Program-made: the position numbers and the translations under genes
Part shown: positions 48,758-62,590 of the stretch, one piece after another
How positions within the stretch are numbered: the first letter of the stretch is position 1
Layout of the letters: each line of letters starts with the position of its first letter
Notes under the pieces: model-generated
Databases searched by the model: none
Told to the model about the DNA's origin: nothing
Seen by the model: only the letters and a program-made list of their open reading frames with translations
From: Strigamia acuminata
Taxonomy: Eukaryota
DNA: 64,000 bases
Direction of reading: 5' to 3'
Assembly (NCBI GenBank): GCA_949358305.1
Contig: OX442314.1
Coordinates: forward strand, 26,970,001 to 27,034,000

Positions 48758-49180
48758 ATGGCGAACAACAAAGAAAATTACGTGAAAGTGAACAGTTTAC
48801 GTTCAAAAACACTTCGGATCAAAGAAATGCGTTTGCAACGAGACAAGAACGTGATAATGAGCAATTGCAAGCAGAGAATATTACGTGGCAATACTTATCT
48901 GTAGGATTTGGGACATTGCAATTACGTTCTCCAGGAGACTGACTTCGATGTCGGAAATGGATTGAGCGAACGATAAAAAACATTTTTAACGACTTATCGG
49001 GGCCGTTGAAGAGCGCCTTATACAGCAATTATAAAACGATGAAGTGGAACAAAGAGCACTTGAGCAAGATTCAAGAATCTGACGACATTTTAAAACAATT
49101 TTATCCGTCTGTGGAAGATTTATTGACCAGATTGAAATCGACAGATGCAGTGAACGAATTCAATGGTTACAGCTACTAAT
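48758..49180 (+). pseudogene. Possible decayed ORF of unknown family
   Basis: ATG frame (MANNKENYVKVNSLRSKTLRIKEMRLQR...) continues about 140 codons with isolated TAG/TAA/TGA stops compatible with C>T changes. Confidence 0.3.
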
Positions 49181-49630
49181 TTATTTACTTTTTAGTTTAA
49201 TGTTTTTTCCCGTTCTTATGATTGTTAGCATCATGTTCGTGTTACCATTTCAAACTTACCTTGTAACCACTTTCTTTGAGGTCTTAATCTATTCATTTAC
49301 ATCGGGGAAAACCACAGGAAACCCAATTGAAAGTCGATCGCAGATATTCTTGCCGTATGAACATTCATAAAGTCATTTAAACTTGTGTATACATTTTAAA
49401 CTAGTCTAAATATAGTATTTTACACGTTAAAATTTACATTTAGACTGGTTTTAAAAGTATAAACAAATTTAAATGAATGTATACAGGTAAAAACAAATAA
49501 ATCTTTTAGTCTGGTTAAAAATACGAACATATTTTTTATTATGTTTGCTAACGAGTGCAACGAGTACATATCTAGCACTCGGTTTCACAGTCTTTGGGTT
49601 GAATACAAAAATAGAAAAACAAGCTGAAAA

Positions 49631-52600
49631 TCAAAGGGCGTAGTGAAGCCAAAAGTAGAAATTAAATATTATAAATAAGACGGGGAAAATGATTTTAGCC
49701 ACCCCGTCTACTATGCACGGCGACACAGCATCCCAATGTTTAAAAGCAGATATTACTTTGAATGGACTTCTGTGTATTGAAAAGACCTAAACACAAATCA
49801 AAATAATTAGTAATATTTCCAGCAAAAAAAGAAATTAATTTACTTTTCCAAAATTATTGGACTGCAATGGCTCTGATGTTGGCTTTGAATTTGGTCGTTT
49901 GTAGTAATTAAATGCAATGGCATATTCAACTAGAGATGCAAATACCATAAAAATACAAACAAACATCCAAATATCTAGTGCCTTTAATGTGCTGATTGCT
50001 GGCAGATTTTTTTGAGCAGAATTGAAAGTTGTTGCCAGAGTTAAAAGCGAAGTTAGGCCCAAAGCTACACGTGCAGCCGCCATTTCAACATCCAACCAAA
50101 ATGATATCCAGGACAGGATCACTATTAGCAAGCTGGGTACAAATATCAGAAGCACTTGTTGCATCGGTCTTCGACGAAAGACGTATTCATAACTGAAGCA
50201 TGTGAAGTTACCTACGCAAACAAAACTGTGTATAAATATTTTATTCACCTTATAATTAAATTTTAATAACAATTTGCTTGTATGTAAGTCCAGGGCCGGA
50301 CTGGGAACAAATTTACTACCGGGAAATCTGGATAGGTCGGGCCACGGGAACAAACTTATACTGGGATATCCGGAAACAACGAAAGGAAAAATAATTTGCA
50401 TCGTCACGGGCCATCGGGAAATTTCCGGTATCCCGCCGGGCCTTCCAGCACTGTGTATGTCCCAGGTCCCAGCTTCACAGTGTCGATACAGGGTGGCGTA
50501 TAGGGCAGGGGTCGGCAACCTGCAACTCGTGAGCCACATGCGGCTCTTTCGATGTCAAGATACCTATATACCTAATCCTAATACTAATCCTAAATTGTAA
50601 CTTTTGGCTCCTCCGTCTCAAAAGGTTGCCGCCCCCTGGTATAGGGAATCGAATCCCGGACCATTTTTACAGAACCGGGACTGAGATATGTGTGAAAATA
50701 GTTTTTCAAACATCTTTTAGCCCATATCTCTGCAAATGTGCCAGATATGCAAATTCAGACCCCGGAAATCGTTTTTTTAGTTCATTTTGCATCGATTCAG
50801 CATGGTTCCAACACTTTATCTTTTTGGCAGTTACAACAAAGGGTATTTGCTTACTGTTTTTCTGTTCGGTTAGGCAAATTTTTGGTAGGACATCTAACTT
50901 GAGCAGTTGGTATTCAGATGGCATAAAGAAATGATTTGTGTCTATGCTGCGATAGCGTTTGCGTTCTTCTTCAATAGTTAGATCAATCAAACCGTGCCAA
51001 ATGACTATGGAAAGAGAGATAATCTTAATGAAAGGTCAAACAGGAAGAGATGTTCCAATTGTTGTTTAAATACTCACTCAATTGCACACCCATTTCACAG
51101 ATCTGCACATCAAATGGATAACGAGTTAAATCAAAAACACAATTAAAGTGAAATGTTCTTCTGTAAAAAAAAATCAAAAAAAGTAAATATACTGTATAAT
51201 CTGAATATACTCAAGTTAACTCTAAGATTATCCTTTCTTTCATTGGCCGAGCCTCATTACTCCTAACTTTAGACTGTATAGTATACTATTACCAGGAGAA
51301 GTACCGTATATCTGTAAATAGCGCACCCGTGCGCTATAAGAAAAAAAAGTTTTTAACTCGCGCGCTATTAGAGGCCCGCGCTTTATTTCCAAAATGAAAA
51401 ATGAAAAAATAACGCACATATAAAATGGCCCAAAACAGTTATATCTGGGTGTAAACAAAGCCTAAAACAGTGATATCTGGGTACAAAATGGCCTAAAATT
51501 GTGTTATCTGGGTATAAAATGGCCTAAAACACATGTATAAAAAGGCTTAAAACAATGATTTCAGTGTGTAACAACAATTGTGGTACGTTTCGGAAACGTA
51601 ACAATTAGCCCCGCGCGCTAAACAAGGCCCGCGCCTTATTTGCAAAAAAAAGTTCGGCCCCGCGTGTTAAATAAGGTCCGCGGGCTATTACAGGCCTGCG
51701 TACAAATCGCAGATATACGGTAGTTTTTATTTTATTTATTTCTGTGGTTATTATGATCCTTTAAATTGATATACCGTATTTTACCGATTAAGAGTCGCCC
51801 TCGAATTGTAGCCTTTCTCGAATATTAGCCACGGCTGAGACACCAGCAAGAATATTGTATTTTTGCAAAAGTACATTATTGTTTTCGTATTTAACCTCTC
51901 ACGAACGATGAACGTACGCTATGTTTGTGACGTTCAGCCTTTGTATTTTACATTAAACAAATTAAACAAATGTAACAAACGAAAAGCCGAAATTGTATTT
52001 GCTGACAAAAATGGCAGTTTTGAATAAGAGCCACAGCTCTTAATCGATAAAATACGGTAAATTTAATTGTATTTTATTATAAAATGTTATTTCCATTTAT
52101 GAAATAAAGTTGTATGCACTTTTTAATTCATGTTTGTTCTGTTTTTTGGTTGCTTTGTTAGGAAAGCAAACAATTTCCTAACAATAGGTAATCAATTACA
52201 ATGTCTGTACATTGTAATGCAATTCTGGTGTTTGGGTCTATTTTTTGGATCACTACGCCAGTAAAATGGCTCGGCCAATGGGAGAAAGGATAATCTTGGA
52301 GTTAACTCGAGTATAGTGTATTTTATTTTGTTCAATAGGAAAATGCTCAAAATATCCTTTTAGAAGAGGCAAATTTATTGTGAGTTACTATTCAAACCAC
52401 ATGGAAAAATCCCTTTTATGTGGCAGTAAATTGATATATTAGTAATAAATAAAACCAATAAAAATTGGAGTTATCAAAACCTACTCGAGTGGCACTTGTA
52501 AAGTAAATTTTAACACTTAAAGATGTGAGCCTGAAACTTACAGGTAAAAGAAATAACCTTATTTTACATTTAAAAAAAAACAGAAAAGTGGATATTTTGA

Positions 52601-53282
52601 TCCTTCCGAATGATATTGTTTATTGTAAATATTGTAACTGCACATACCTATACAACACCCAAACTTTCTTTTGATTGACTTGAAACTTTTGTTGGTCAGG
52701 ATCGATGAGAATCTCTCTACATCCCTTACAATTGGTAAACTCTAAAAAAGGGTGCCACAACCTTGTTGCTACTTCTTTTGGTAAAATGTGCAAAGCTTCA
52801 TTTGGTATAACCAGTTGGTCATCAAACCAGTGGGTTTTAATCGAGATGTCAACACTAAACTCCTAGCAAAAGGAATTTTTTTGGTATTAGATACCGTAAG
52901 GAAGATACCGTAAGATACCGCAAGTTGCAATTTTACCATGTCTTTTGCTGAAAGACTTTGCACTCCATGTGGAATAAGGGTCCAGTTTAGTTTCACTGCA
53001 GCTGAAATAAAAAGTTGTGTTGGTACTTAATTCATTTCAAGATTGAATGCGTCCAATGTCTTATGTCTTACCACAGTTGTATGATCGATTTGCTGAATAA
53101 TTGTTTGGAACAAGGTTTTTTATGAATTGATCACTAAAAATGTACACATTGCAATATTAAAGATAGAATCCAATGATTAAAAAAAGAGTTTACCTATTTA
53201 TAGAATAGACATGTCTTAGATGAAATATTAGTATGTCTGATAGAAATAAGAAAGCAAAGCAATGTGCTTTTAAGTTTTGCAT
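49631..53282 (-). CDS. Cys-loop ligand-gated anion channel subunit (GluCl/GlyR/HisCl-like, divergent), 8-exon model
   Basis: Exons approximately 53282-53194, 53133-53072, 53001-52937, 52863-52649, 51160-51078, 51005-50855, 50211-49843, 49786-49631 with consistent phase. Motifs HWFDDQL, LWHPFLEFTN, Cys-loop CVFDLTRYPFDVQIC, loop C C..NFTC, M1-M3 PSLLIVILSWISFWL..AARVALG..KALDIW, and M4. Confidence 0.88.
50506..50638. mobile_element. Short hAT (Charlie-like) MITE
   Basis: caggggtcggcaacc ends with 8-bp TSD GTATAGGG; a deletion relative of 54592-55000. Confidence 0.85.
51209..52312. mobile_element. TA-flanked MITE containing two nested TA-flanked elements
   Basis: Outer TIR ctcaagttaactctaagattatcctttct..cattggccgagcc. 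Inner elements taccgtata...tatacggta (about 51302-51722) and taccgtatttt...aaaatacggta (about 51772-52059). Confidence 0.75.
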
Positions 53283-53797
53283 TGCTGTGTGAGTTACAAG
53301 TATATCTAAATTAAGCAATTGATGACTACCTAAGTACAGTTAAGTAATTAATTTTTTTATTAGCAATAAAAAGACAATAAGCGTGAATCATGATTTCATG
53401 ATGCACGCAATTGAGTAATTACTGTAGTTTTCAGTATAGAAATTAAATTAACAATGGTGTAAGTTTAAACATAAATACTTTTCTCAGAATTAAAATTATA
53501 TTAAAAATGTAATGTTTCTGTTTAAAAGGTGAATAATTGAGTTAATAAACACGTGGCGACATTTCAAAAGAGAAATTATTTCTTTTCTCAGAAATTAAGT
53601 TTTGAAGCAATTTTATAAAGGAAGTGTCTATTGACAGGGGGAAATACTTTGGTTCAAGGTGCCTGATGATAGATAATTCGGGGAACATTAGAAGGGTTTG
53701 GGTCCCAGAATTTTTTTCCGGTCTGTGCCATAGTGGTCAAACGTCTAAACTAAATTGGTTCCTTTGGGAACCGCTAGTTTCCACAAAGTCTTTCATT

Positions 53798-56700
53798 TTA
53801 GCGCTTTGTTGCAGAAATTTTTTGATGAACGGGCTGTACGACACTTCCATATTGACATTCAGTTGTTATTATCTGTTCGGAAGTAAATGAAAATTGTTGG
53901 AATAGAGTGGTAAAATAAAGAAATAGTTGCATTCGGGCCAGTGCTTCTCCAATACATTGCCTTTTACCTGTATGAAAAAAAAAACATTGCTCAGTAATAA
54001 TACAACTGAGATTTTAAGTTATATTTGTTTACCGATGGAAAAAGGAATCAACTCCTCCACGTGTTTAACTTTGTTTTCCTCACTAAGAAAGCGTTCTGGT
54101 TTGAAATGTTCGGGTTCTGGAAACAACTTTGGATTGTTATGAACTGACCATACATTGGCAACTATGGTTGTCTTCTTTGGAACAAAATAACCAGCTAGAG
54201 TTGCATCTTCACTTGAACTAGAAATTAATATAGAATTCATTAGCAACATCTACTAAAAATTCAGAGGGGACAGTAATAACTGTGCCGCAACATAGAACTA
54301 CTGTACGTGGGGTGGGCGTTATTCATTATGTTTTTATTGTCATTTCAATTTCGACTTGTAATTAACTGTCACCAATTGGGACTGGCAAGAGCATAGGCAG
54401 GGAGTGTTGTTATTTTGAGTCACCTTGATCCGATATGCCTCGGGGCCAAGATAATTCTCGATAATTTCACCGCTAGGTGGAGTTACGTAGGCTACCTTCG
54501 ACCTGTGTCCACTGTCTGATTCACCCATGCCGGGCAAGCGTCGAGGCAGAGCGTAGAATAAAAGTTTTCACCATTCTACATCAACCTAACTCAGGGGTCG
54601 GCAACCTGCGGCTCTTTCGATCTCAAGATATGGCTCTCTCAAGTTGTGAGCCAGATTTAACCAAACTTTCAAAAGGCATGCAAGGCCAATGCTCCCATTG
54701 ATGTAACTATTGTAACTATCTATTATTCAATAATTATAGTTATATTATTTGATTACTAATTTTATTATTCTAGCTAAAACACTTAATATATTTTGTGCGA
54801 AACATTTTTATGTTTTTATATGAATAAATATTATTTCATATGTAAAGCTATTTATTTTAGATCAAAAATTAAATTTATATACCTAATCCTAATCAAATAC
54901 CATAATATTGAAACAAAAATGTTAGTGGCTCTTTAACAACTGGGAAATTTTGTAAATTGTAACTTTTGGCTCTTCCGTCTCAAAAGGTTGCCGACCCCTG
55001 ACCTAACTCGTTCTTCTCCGTCGCGGTTAGCCAACAGCGGGTTATTTCAGCACCATCTCTTTATGAGAATTGTATTCCATCGCGGCATTGTAAATTTCCA
55101 ACAATTCGAATTGGCGCTGGTCACCATTACTGTTTAGAAGATTGTCCTGTTAGACGTTGTTTTACGTCAAAAATATTTTTTATCAGAGACGACGAGAGGG
55201 GCCCGTGTCTGACTATGTTGAATAATTAATATTGTTCAAGTCCAACATGGTTTAACTAGCCATTTGTTTAGTTATATTGTCTGTATTATTGCAACAACAG
55301 GTGGTGTCTAAATAACGTTTGTTTTGAACAACTCAGATTCAGAAAAAATTTTGAATTTAAAGGATGGTGCCAGTGTTTCTATGATGTTTAATCTACTATA
55401 CTTACGTGTGAGGAACAAGCAAAGGTACGAGCGAGACCATCCTGCTTATTTCCAGTAAAGTCGCTTCTGTATATGGCATTAACTTTTGGTCTGACATTGA
55501 TGGTTGTCTATCTTTTCCAATCACTTCGTCAATTTCCATTTGCACTTTTGCTTGTACGTGAGGGTATTTTACCATATACAAAAGTAGGAATTCCAAAGTC
55601 GTGCTTGTAGTGTCGCTTCCAGCAATAAACAATTCGCTCAATATTTTTGCCAGTTTCTTTTCTAGGAATGATAATAGAAAAATAATAAAACAGTTGGTTG
55701 CTTACAGTTAGTTTCAATTTTAAAAAATTCTGAAATTCTCATATTCTCAAAAACTTCTCAAATTTGGATGAAAATTTAACTAAAAATTCCCAAATTTGGT
55801 GGTAATTCAACTAAAAATTCTCAAATTTTATTTAAAATTTATAAAATAATTATACTCTTTCCACACTCAAGAGGAGCCCTGGAATCTTGGCTCCCATTGG
55901 TCGAGCCATTTCACTTGTGTAGTGATACATAAAAGACCCAAAACACCAGAATGGCAGAGTTTACAAATGACGTCATACCATTTGAAAACGAGGCTAAGGG
56001 GTATAAACAAACCCAAACAGCATAGAATTCACGATAAAATGTATATAAAATCTGATTATTACTGTGACAAATTTTATTTTAAAGATGTATTACACATTTT
56101 TAAACATTTTGTGTGTTTATTCACATAGTTTTACTTCTTTTTAATCAATTTCCATATTGTTTCAATGGTTATATTTTTTCGACCCGTGTTGAATTGTTTT
56201 TTCATGTTTTGAAAGATCTTTCACTCAATTTCACCCGTTTTGAATAATGTTCCTCAAATTATCATTCGTTTCATTTGTTTTTTGTACATTTTAAATGTTT
56301 TGGTGGTGACTGGTGATCCATAATACGTGCGACATTCGTAAATGCGACAACACCAGCCTCGGTTGGACATGTAACCGTTATTCATATGCGCGACATCGTG
56401 TGTATGAATCTCGCAGGCAGCTGACGATTCGGATTAACCAAAAATAGCCTAAATTAATCGGCAGCTGTCAGTTGTCAGCCGTCGACAGTCGCGGCCGTCA
56501 GTCGACAGTCGTCAGTCAACCGTCACCTGTCGAATGTCGCGGCCGTCAGCCGTCGGCTTTCGACCGTCAGCCAGCTGTCGAATGTCGCGAATGTCGACCG
56601 TTGCGGCTGACGATTGACAGTCGACGGCTGCGACATTCGACGGCTGACTGTCGACTGTTGTGTACGTCGGACGACGACTGCCGATTTCAAATGGGTGCAA

Positions 56701-59700
56701 ATGACGTCATTATGTAAACTCTGCCATTCTGGTGTTTTGGGTCTTCTTTTATGTATCACTACACAAGTGAAATGGCTCGGCCAATGGGAGCCAAGATTCC
56801 AGGGCTCCTCTTGAGTGTGGAAAGAGTATAGTCAAAATATTCCTTTTTAAATTTTGTGTCGTGGTGCCTTTTTATGTGCTTGCTCTTAATTGAAAGTTGT
56901 GACGGGTTATAACGGAATCGGAGGGTTTAATAATGAAATGAACAACATTTTTTAGGGTCATTTGTAAATGTACGAGTGTTTACCATTAAAAATGGCGGTA
57001 TTTGTATTCGGTTTCTCAGTTTCAGTTCTCCAAACATCAATAAAACTTTGTTGATTGTTTATGCCTTTGTGAATTTTGTCGTATTTTTTAACTTCGTCTA
57101 GGATCTTTCTGTACAGCAAAGCTCCTTTAACTCTGCAAAAATAAATGAAAAATGTCTTTAAAGTGCACTTAAGTTTAATGGCGTTCGGTACTGACGTCGG
57201 TTTTGTGATTCCAAGAACCTTGACTATCCAGTCTGGCAGAAATTGCGACCATTGGTCTATTCCTATCGAATTTATAAATTCGTCGGATAACTTTAAGAGT
57301 TGTTGAAAATCTTGATCCTCGTAGTCCATTCTTTCTCCATACATGATTGTGCAAATTATATTAGTAATGCTTGTTCTAAGCATTTCTCGGAAGTAAGATG
57401 GTTTTCCGTCCAAGGTTTTAATATTGCTTATTAAAAACTGTATTTCATCCTAATGGATGTAAAGAACTGTTGCAATTAATAAGATAATAAACTGGGCTTT
57501 TGAATACTTGAATACTTGAATTTTTGGTTCCAAACTTGCTTTACCCATTCCAAAGTTGCGCAGTGCAGTTAATGAGAAGCGTCGTAATGCTTGTCGAATT
57601 GCACCGCCACTTCCAAGCATACCTAAAAAAAATTTAAAACACTAGCAAAAATCACTAGTAAAAATCGTAGCAGGCGAATTCATAGTGATTTTGTGTAAAC
57701 AACATTTTTAAACTGCTGTATCTAGGATTTGTTCTGAACTGACTTCAAACAATGGTGGTGGATTTAGTCTGTTTTAATTGCAGTGAGCATGCGCACAACA
57801 TTTAAACAACAAAAGATATTTAAATAAATGTTATTACACATGCGTCTATGAATGCGCTCAGTAAAAAATTAAATCACGAGTTGCATTCGAAAGCGTACTA
57901 CCGGTATTATTCATTTCGATTTAATACATACCTTCTTGCGAATCAAATGTCATTAGAACAGAAAAGTTGTGAGGTCTTTCTGTATAGTTGTCACTTAGTT
58001 GAAACATTTCTTTGATTAGTTTAAATGACGATACAACAACAACACGTTCACTTGCAATATAGATTCTGAAAACAGGTTATTTTTAACATGTAGTGCATAG
58101 TGTAAGAAGGGATAGTGGTCTCACTCCGTCAGTTCCCTGATTCGCCACGGTGGCGCTGCTTTACACAGACAGACTACAACAGCATAGAAATGCATGTTGA
58201 AATAGGTCAAAACCACTCATTTTGATTGTTTTAGGCATCAGAAATAAAAATAATTATTACACACATATTTTAGACGACCAAACATTAATTTGGTAAAAAA
58301 GATGAATAAAATTAATTTAAAAACAATTTTTTTTAATTATTTTTTTATTTTTTATTATTTTATTATTTTTATTTTTTTATTTTTAAATTATTTTTTAAAT
58401 TATTTTTACTTCTGATGCTTAAAACAATCAAAATGAGTGGTTTTGACCTAGTTCAGCATGCATTTTTATGCTGTTGTAGTTTGTCTGTGTAAAGCAGCGC
58501 CACTGTGGCGAATCAGGGAACTGACGGAGTGAGACCACTATCCCTTCTTACACTATGATGTAGTGTATCAGAGCTCTGACAATCCAAAATGTAACAATGC
58601 AAAGTCGCCAAAGGTTTTCCTTTAGCAACTAAGTTATACAGGGTGTTCTAAAAGTATTGTTCCCTCCTATCCTGAGCAATTGCATCTAAGCCAACTTTGA
58701 TGAAGCGACCGTATAGGAAGTTGGGTGAGAGTAATCCAATGACATCATCAAATTTGACCTCGAAGGTCATTTTCAAGGTCATTTACTTGCTAACTTCTAA
58801 ACCAATCAGGTTAGAACAAAAAAGTCAATTACAAAGTTGTAGAGCACCGTCAAATTAGTACTATCCAACTTATCTTAGTCATCTTAAGTTAAATGTTTTC
58901 TTTTTAAAAAGGAGACAAATCAGAAAAAAAAATCACTAAAGTAAAATTTTTTATTCTTGCGATAAAATAATTATTGAGGCATTAAAAAAAGGCAGTGGTT
59001 TTTCTTGTTTACTTGCATAATAATGCACATTTGAACACGTTTATTTCAGTAATTCAGTATTTTTGGAGTAGAAATTTACGTTTTGTCACAATGGCTGGCT
59101 TTATTTTAGCTGATTTGTCTCCTTTTTAAAAAGTAAACATTTAACTTAAGATGACTAAGATAAGTTGGATAGTACTAATTTGATGCTGCTCTACAACTTT
59201 GTAATTGGAAATTTTGCTGTATCTTGAACGGTTTAAAAGTTAGCTAGTGAATGACCTTGAAAATGACCTTCAAAGTCAAATTTGATGACGTCATTGGATT
59301 GCTCTTACCCAACTTCCTATACGGTCGCTTCATCAAAGTTGGCCTAGATGCAATTGCTCAGGAAATATTTGGAAGGAACAATACTTTTAGAACACCCTGT
59401 ATAATAAAAAAAATAGTTAACTCACAAAAATACTTTCCCAAAAGTTAGGGAGGGCTGAGTTCAAAGCAGCTCAGCCCTATACAAATTTACCAAACTTTAA
59501 TCCTCTCTGTCTTAAAAATCTCTTAAGAGTCCTTTACGCATCCTTGTGAGCAAGCTCACAACCATCTGTAATGCAGGGCAATGTATACGATTATACATTT
59601 CAAAGCAGTTCCATGTAGGATAACGAATCTACAATAGGATTTCAGTTCTAGGTTGGACAATTGTAACGTGCCTGGCCACTGGAGACCCAACAAACTGTTT

Positions 59701-61091
59701 AATGTTGAAACATAATATTTTTTCTTTACTAGGTGCATTCAAAAAGTCTAAAACATATGCAAAACTCGTTTCGCGTTTGAACGTGACGTCATTCCCATTG
59801 CATAACATGGGAATGACGTCACGTGCAAACACGAAACGAGTTTTGCATACGTTTTAGACTTTTTGAATGCACCTACGGAAAATGATAATAGAGAGTTTGC
59901 TAGATGTATTTTCCTCTTATTTTGCTCCACGATACATTACCGTACGTTAGTGCCATATCGTTAAGCAAAAAGCTTTTAGTGTATCGTTTTCAATACTAAA
60001 ATAAAATATAGCACAGCCAATCAGAATTGAGAACACTATATTGTTAGCTCCGCCCATTGCAAATGGCGATTATTTTGTTGCAGAAACAAACGTATTCGAA
60101 TCACGATGGATTGTGCACTTTGACGATCGAAGAGACGTTTTCCGAGGTCGAATTTTAAGCAGAAACTTGAGTCAGGATTCGCCAAAGTAGGATCTGCTTT
60201 TAAATTTGAATGCGGATCACCGGACACCCATTGCCTAGATAAAAACGAATTTGACAGCCATAGTGTAGTGATAAGGGAAAAATGCAGCCCGCAAAAACAT
60301 AATTTATCATTTTTCCCTTACACTATTTTTATACCGTATAGTCTTTAACTGTAAGGGAAAAATGCATACCGCAAACTTTCTATTGGCTGCATTTGAAAGC
60401 TGGAATTTCAAGAGTAATGTACTCTGTGCAGCCCGGACATAGGAAGGGTCCCAGAAAGTTGTCCGGATGAACAGGCAGTTCGGATGGGAAGGTGAGGGAA
60501 TTTAACATTGCTCTCGCAGCTGTCCGGACGAGCTCTGGTTGATCCGTACAGAGTGCACTGTAATCACGTTTGATCAATTTTCTTGGTTATCCTTTTAGTT
60601 CTTTTCCTTCTAAAGGATGTTATCAAAAATTATATTTAACAACTGCAGCTGAAAATGATTTTTGTATCTATCTCTAGGTGCATTCTGTCTACAAGTGTAA
60701 AAAGCAAGCTCAGCAGAATTTATAATAATTTAGATTCACAAGTCCAAAGTTTGGCCGTGTATGAGTTTTTGTGCTTTTATCATTGGTATCTTGTGACTGC
60801 TGATAATAGCCTATATCAAGATGAAATTTAGAATCTCGCCTGGGTGCTGGTATTAAATTAAATTAAATTTAGTTTAGAAGGTTATACTTACGTGAGAATT
60901 TCTCCGTATTTCTCTTTAAGTTTGGTTAGCACAAGATGAGGTTTTTTACCAAGAAATGGCAAATATCCCAAGATTGGTATTCCTTTAGGTCCAGGTGGCA
61001 AATTTTTTGGAGATTTCATGTATTTTAAAGTTAGCCATAAGACAATTGCGGCGATAGCAAATACGAACAGTGGAAAATCATTAGGAATCAT
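53798..61091 (-). CDS. Cytochrome P450, CYP2 clan, multi-exon
   Basis: N-terminal anchor plus [22 protein letters not shown]-helix AGSDTT, EISR, PERF, heme motif PFSIGKRQCIG. Confidence 0.92.
54592..55000. mobile_element. hAT (Charlie-like) MITE in a CYP intron
   Basis: caggggtcggcaacct TIR with 8-bp TSD ACCTAACT. Confidence 0.9.
55855..56826. mobile_element. TA-flanked MITE with a GTCGAC-rich subterminal tract
   Basis: TIR of about 130 bp starting ctctttccacactcaagaggagccctgg; TA on both sides. Confidence 0.88.
58096..58557. mobile_element. Palindromic MITE, P-element-superfamily-like
   Basis: CATAG...CTATG termini, TIRs of about 155 bp, 8-bp TSD ATGTAGTG. Confidence 0.85.
58639..59399. 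mobile_element. Tc1/mariner-type MITE
   Basis: TA TSD; long TIRs starting cagggtgttctaaaagtattgttcc. Confidence 0.88.
59732..59873. mobile_element. Small palindromic TA-flanked MITE (partial copy at about 26918-27003)
   Basis: ggtgcattcaaaaagtctaaaac...gttttagactttttgaatgcacc. Confidence 0.8.
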
Positions 61092-61794
61092 GTTTTTTTT
61101 CCCAGAACTTTTCAATGCTGTAAATGATAACTGCACAAATTGTTTCTGTATATGGTAACAGTAAGGACTGCAGATAATTTTACGAGATTGAAGTTACATA
61201 GAAACTGATATCAATTTAAATCTGACAACGACGGTATTCGTAAGGTAACATACAGCTTTTACTAAAGGGAGTGTCTATTGACAGGGGAAAATGCTTTGGT
61301 TCGAGGTGCCTGTTGATAGATAATACAGTGAACCCCTTTAGACAGGGTCGGTCAGGGAACATTAGAAGGGTTTGGCTCCCAGAATTTTTTCAGGTCCAGA
61401 AAGGTGACCGGTCCTTTGTAGTGATCCTGAGCTTCTCTCATCGGGGGTGATGAAAACCAAATAATATAATCAAAGTCTTTTTGAGCATAAGCGCTTTTAT
61501 GACTTTTACTTGTTAACAGAAAAACGGCAACTGTCCAAATGCAAAAGGTAAACTCGAGGCAAAAAAAGAACAATACATCTGATGCGCATACTTGTACATG
61601 GCTAAAAATAAACACACTTCAAGTGACAGAATTTAACACTCAGATACTATGAAAATATTATTATACAAAAATATTATACTGATAAAATCCAAATCTCACA
61701 TCTTGGTGTGCCCTGTGAAGAGGAAATTCATTGTTGTATCCTGGTTCATATGTTCAGCTGGCAAGTGAGCTTTATCGGAAACAAGTAATCTAAT

Positions 61795-62256
61795 ATAGTT
61801 TGCAGCAGGTACTTTTCCTTTATAAAACCTCCCGTTAAGCCTATAAGCATAGTGGAGCTTACACTATAACTTGAAAATAGTGTAGCCAATCCGGTAGTTT
61901 TCCACTATTTACGTTACTGACTAAAAATCTGAATCAGCATTGACCTCCACCGCCATTTTGAATTCTCCGCTTCATTCACGCGTGGAGCACATGTTACGGT
62001 TTGTCTAAATGTTTGTGCTTTTAATTTTTTTAAATTCACAATAATAAAGTTGCAGCATTGTATTAAAAAACAGGAATTCTCTATTTTTATGCAAATGAGA
62101 CATTACTAGTTTCGGTAATCGCACGACATGTATGCGATGAACTCAAATTTTATAACTATAACTTCAAACTTCGACTGCAACCCACTTTTATCTTACACTA
62201 AATATAGCGTAAAAAATGTCATAATTGTAAGGGGAAAGTACCTGCCGCAAACTGTG
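61795..62256. mobile_element. MITE between the CYP copies
   Basis: Imperfect TIR agtttgcagcaggtacttttcc versus ggggaaagtacctgccgcaaact; TSD unclear. Confidence 0.55.
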
Positions 62257-62590
62257 TATTGATACATTTACGATAGGTTAGAACAGGTTATAAGATAAAA
62301 TCGTTTAACGGTTTGGCTTTTGGTTGAAACCAAATCTAAGTCGCAGCAGCGACTTCAAATATTATATTCTCGAAACTTATCTTAAAAAAACAGCGGATGC
62401 AGTTACATTTACAAAAAGTACTACATTTTTATTCTTGTGCAGAACAATACAAAGAAGGAATTAAGTCCCCGTTTCTAGGAATTAACATAAATGGGTCACA
62501 GGGATGATTTTACACCTGTGCCATAGTGGTCAAACATATAAACTAAATTGGTTTCTTTGGGTACCGTCAGTTTGCACAAAATCTTTCATT

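Noticed and set aside
52480..52535. Apparent degenerate exon suggesting the channel lost its Cys-loop
   Set aside because: A proper Cys-loop exon with matching phases exists at 51160-51078.
56460..56700. Overlapping ORFs in a GTCGAC-rich tract
   Set aside because: Low-complexity subterminal repeats of a MITE.
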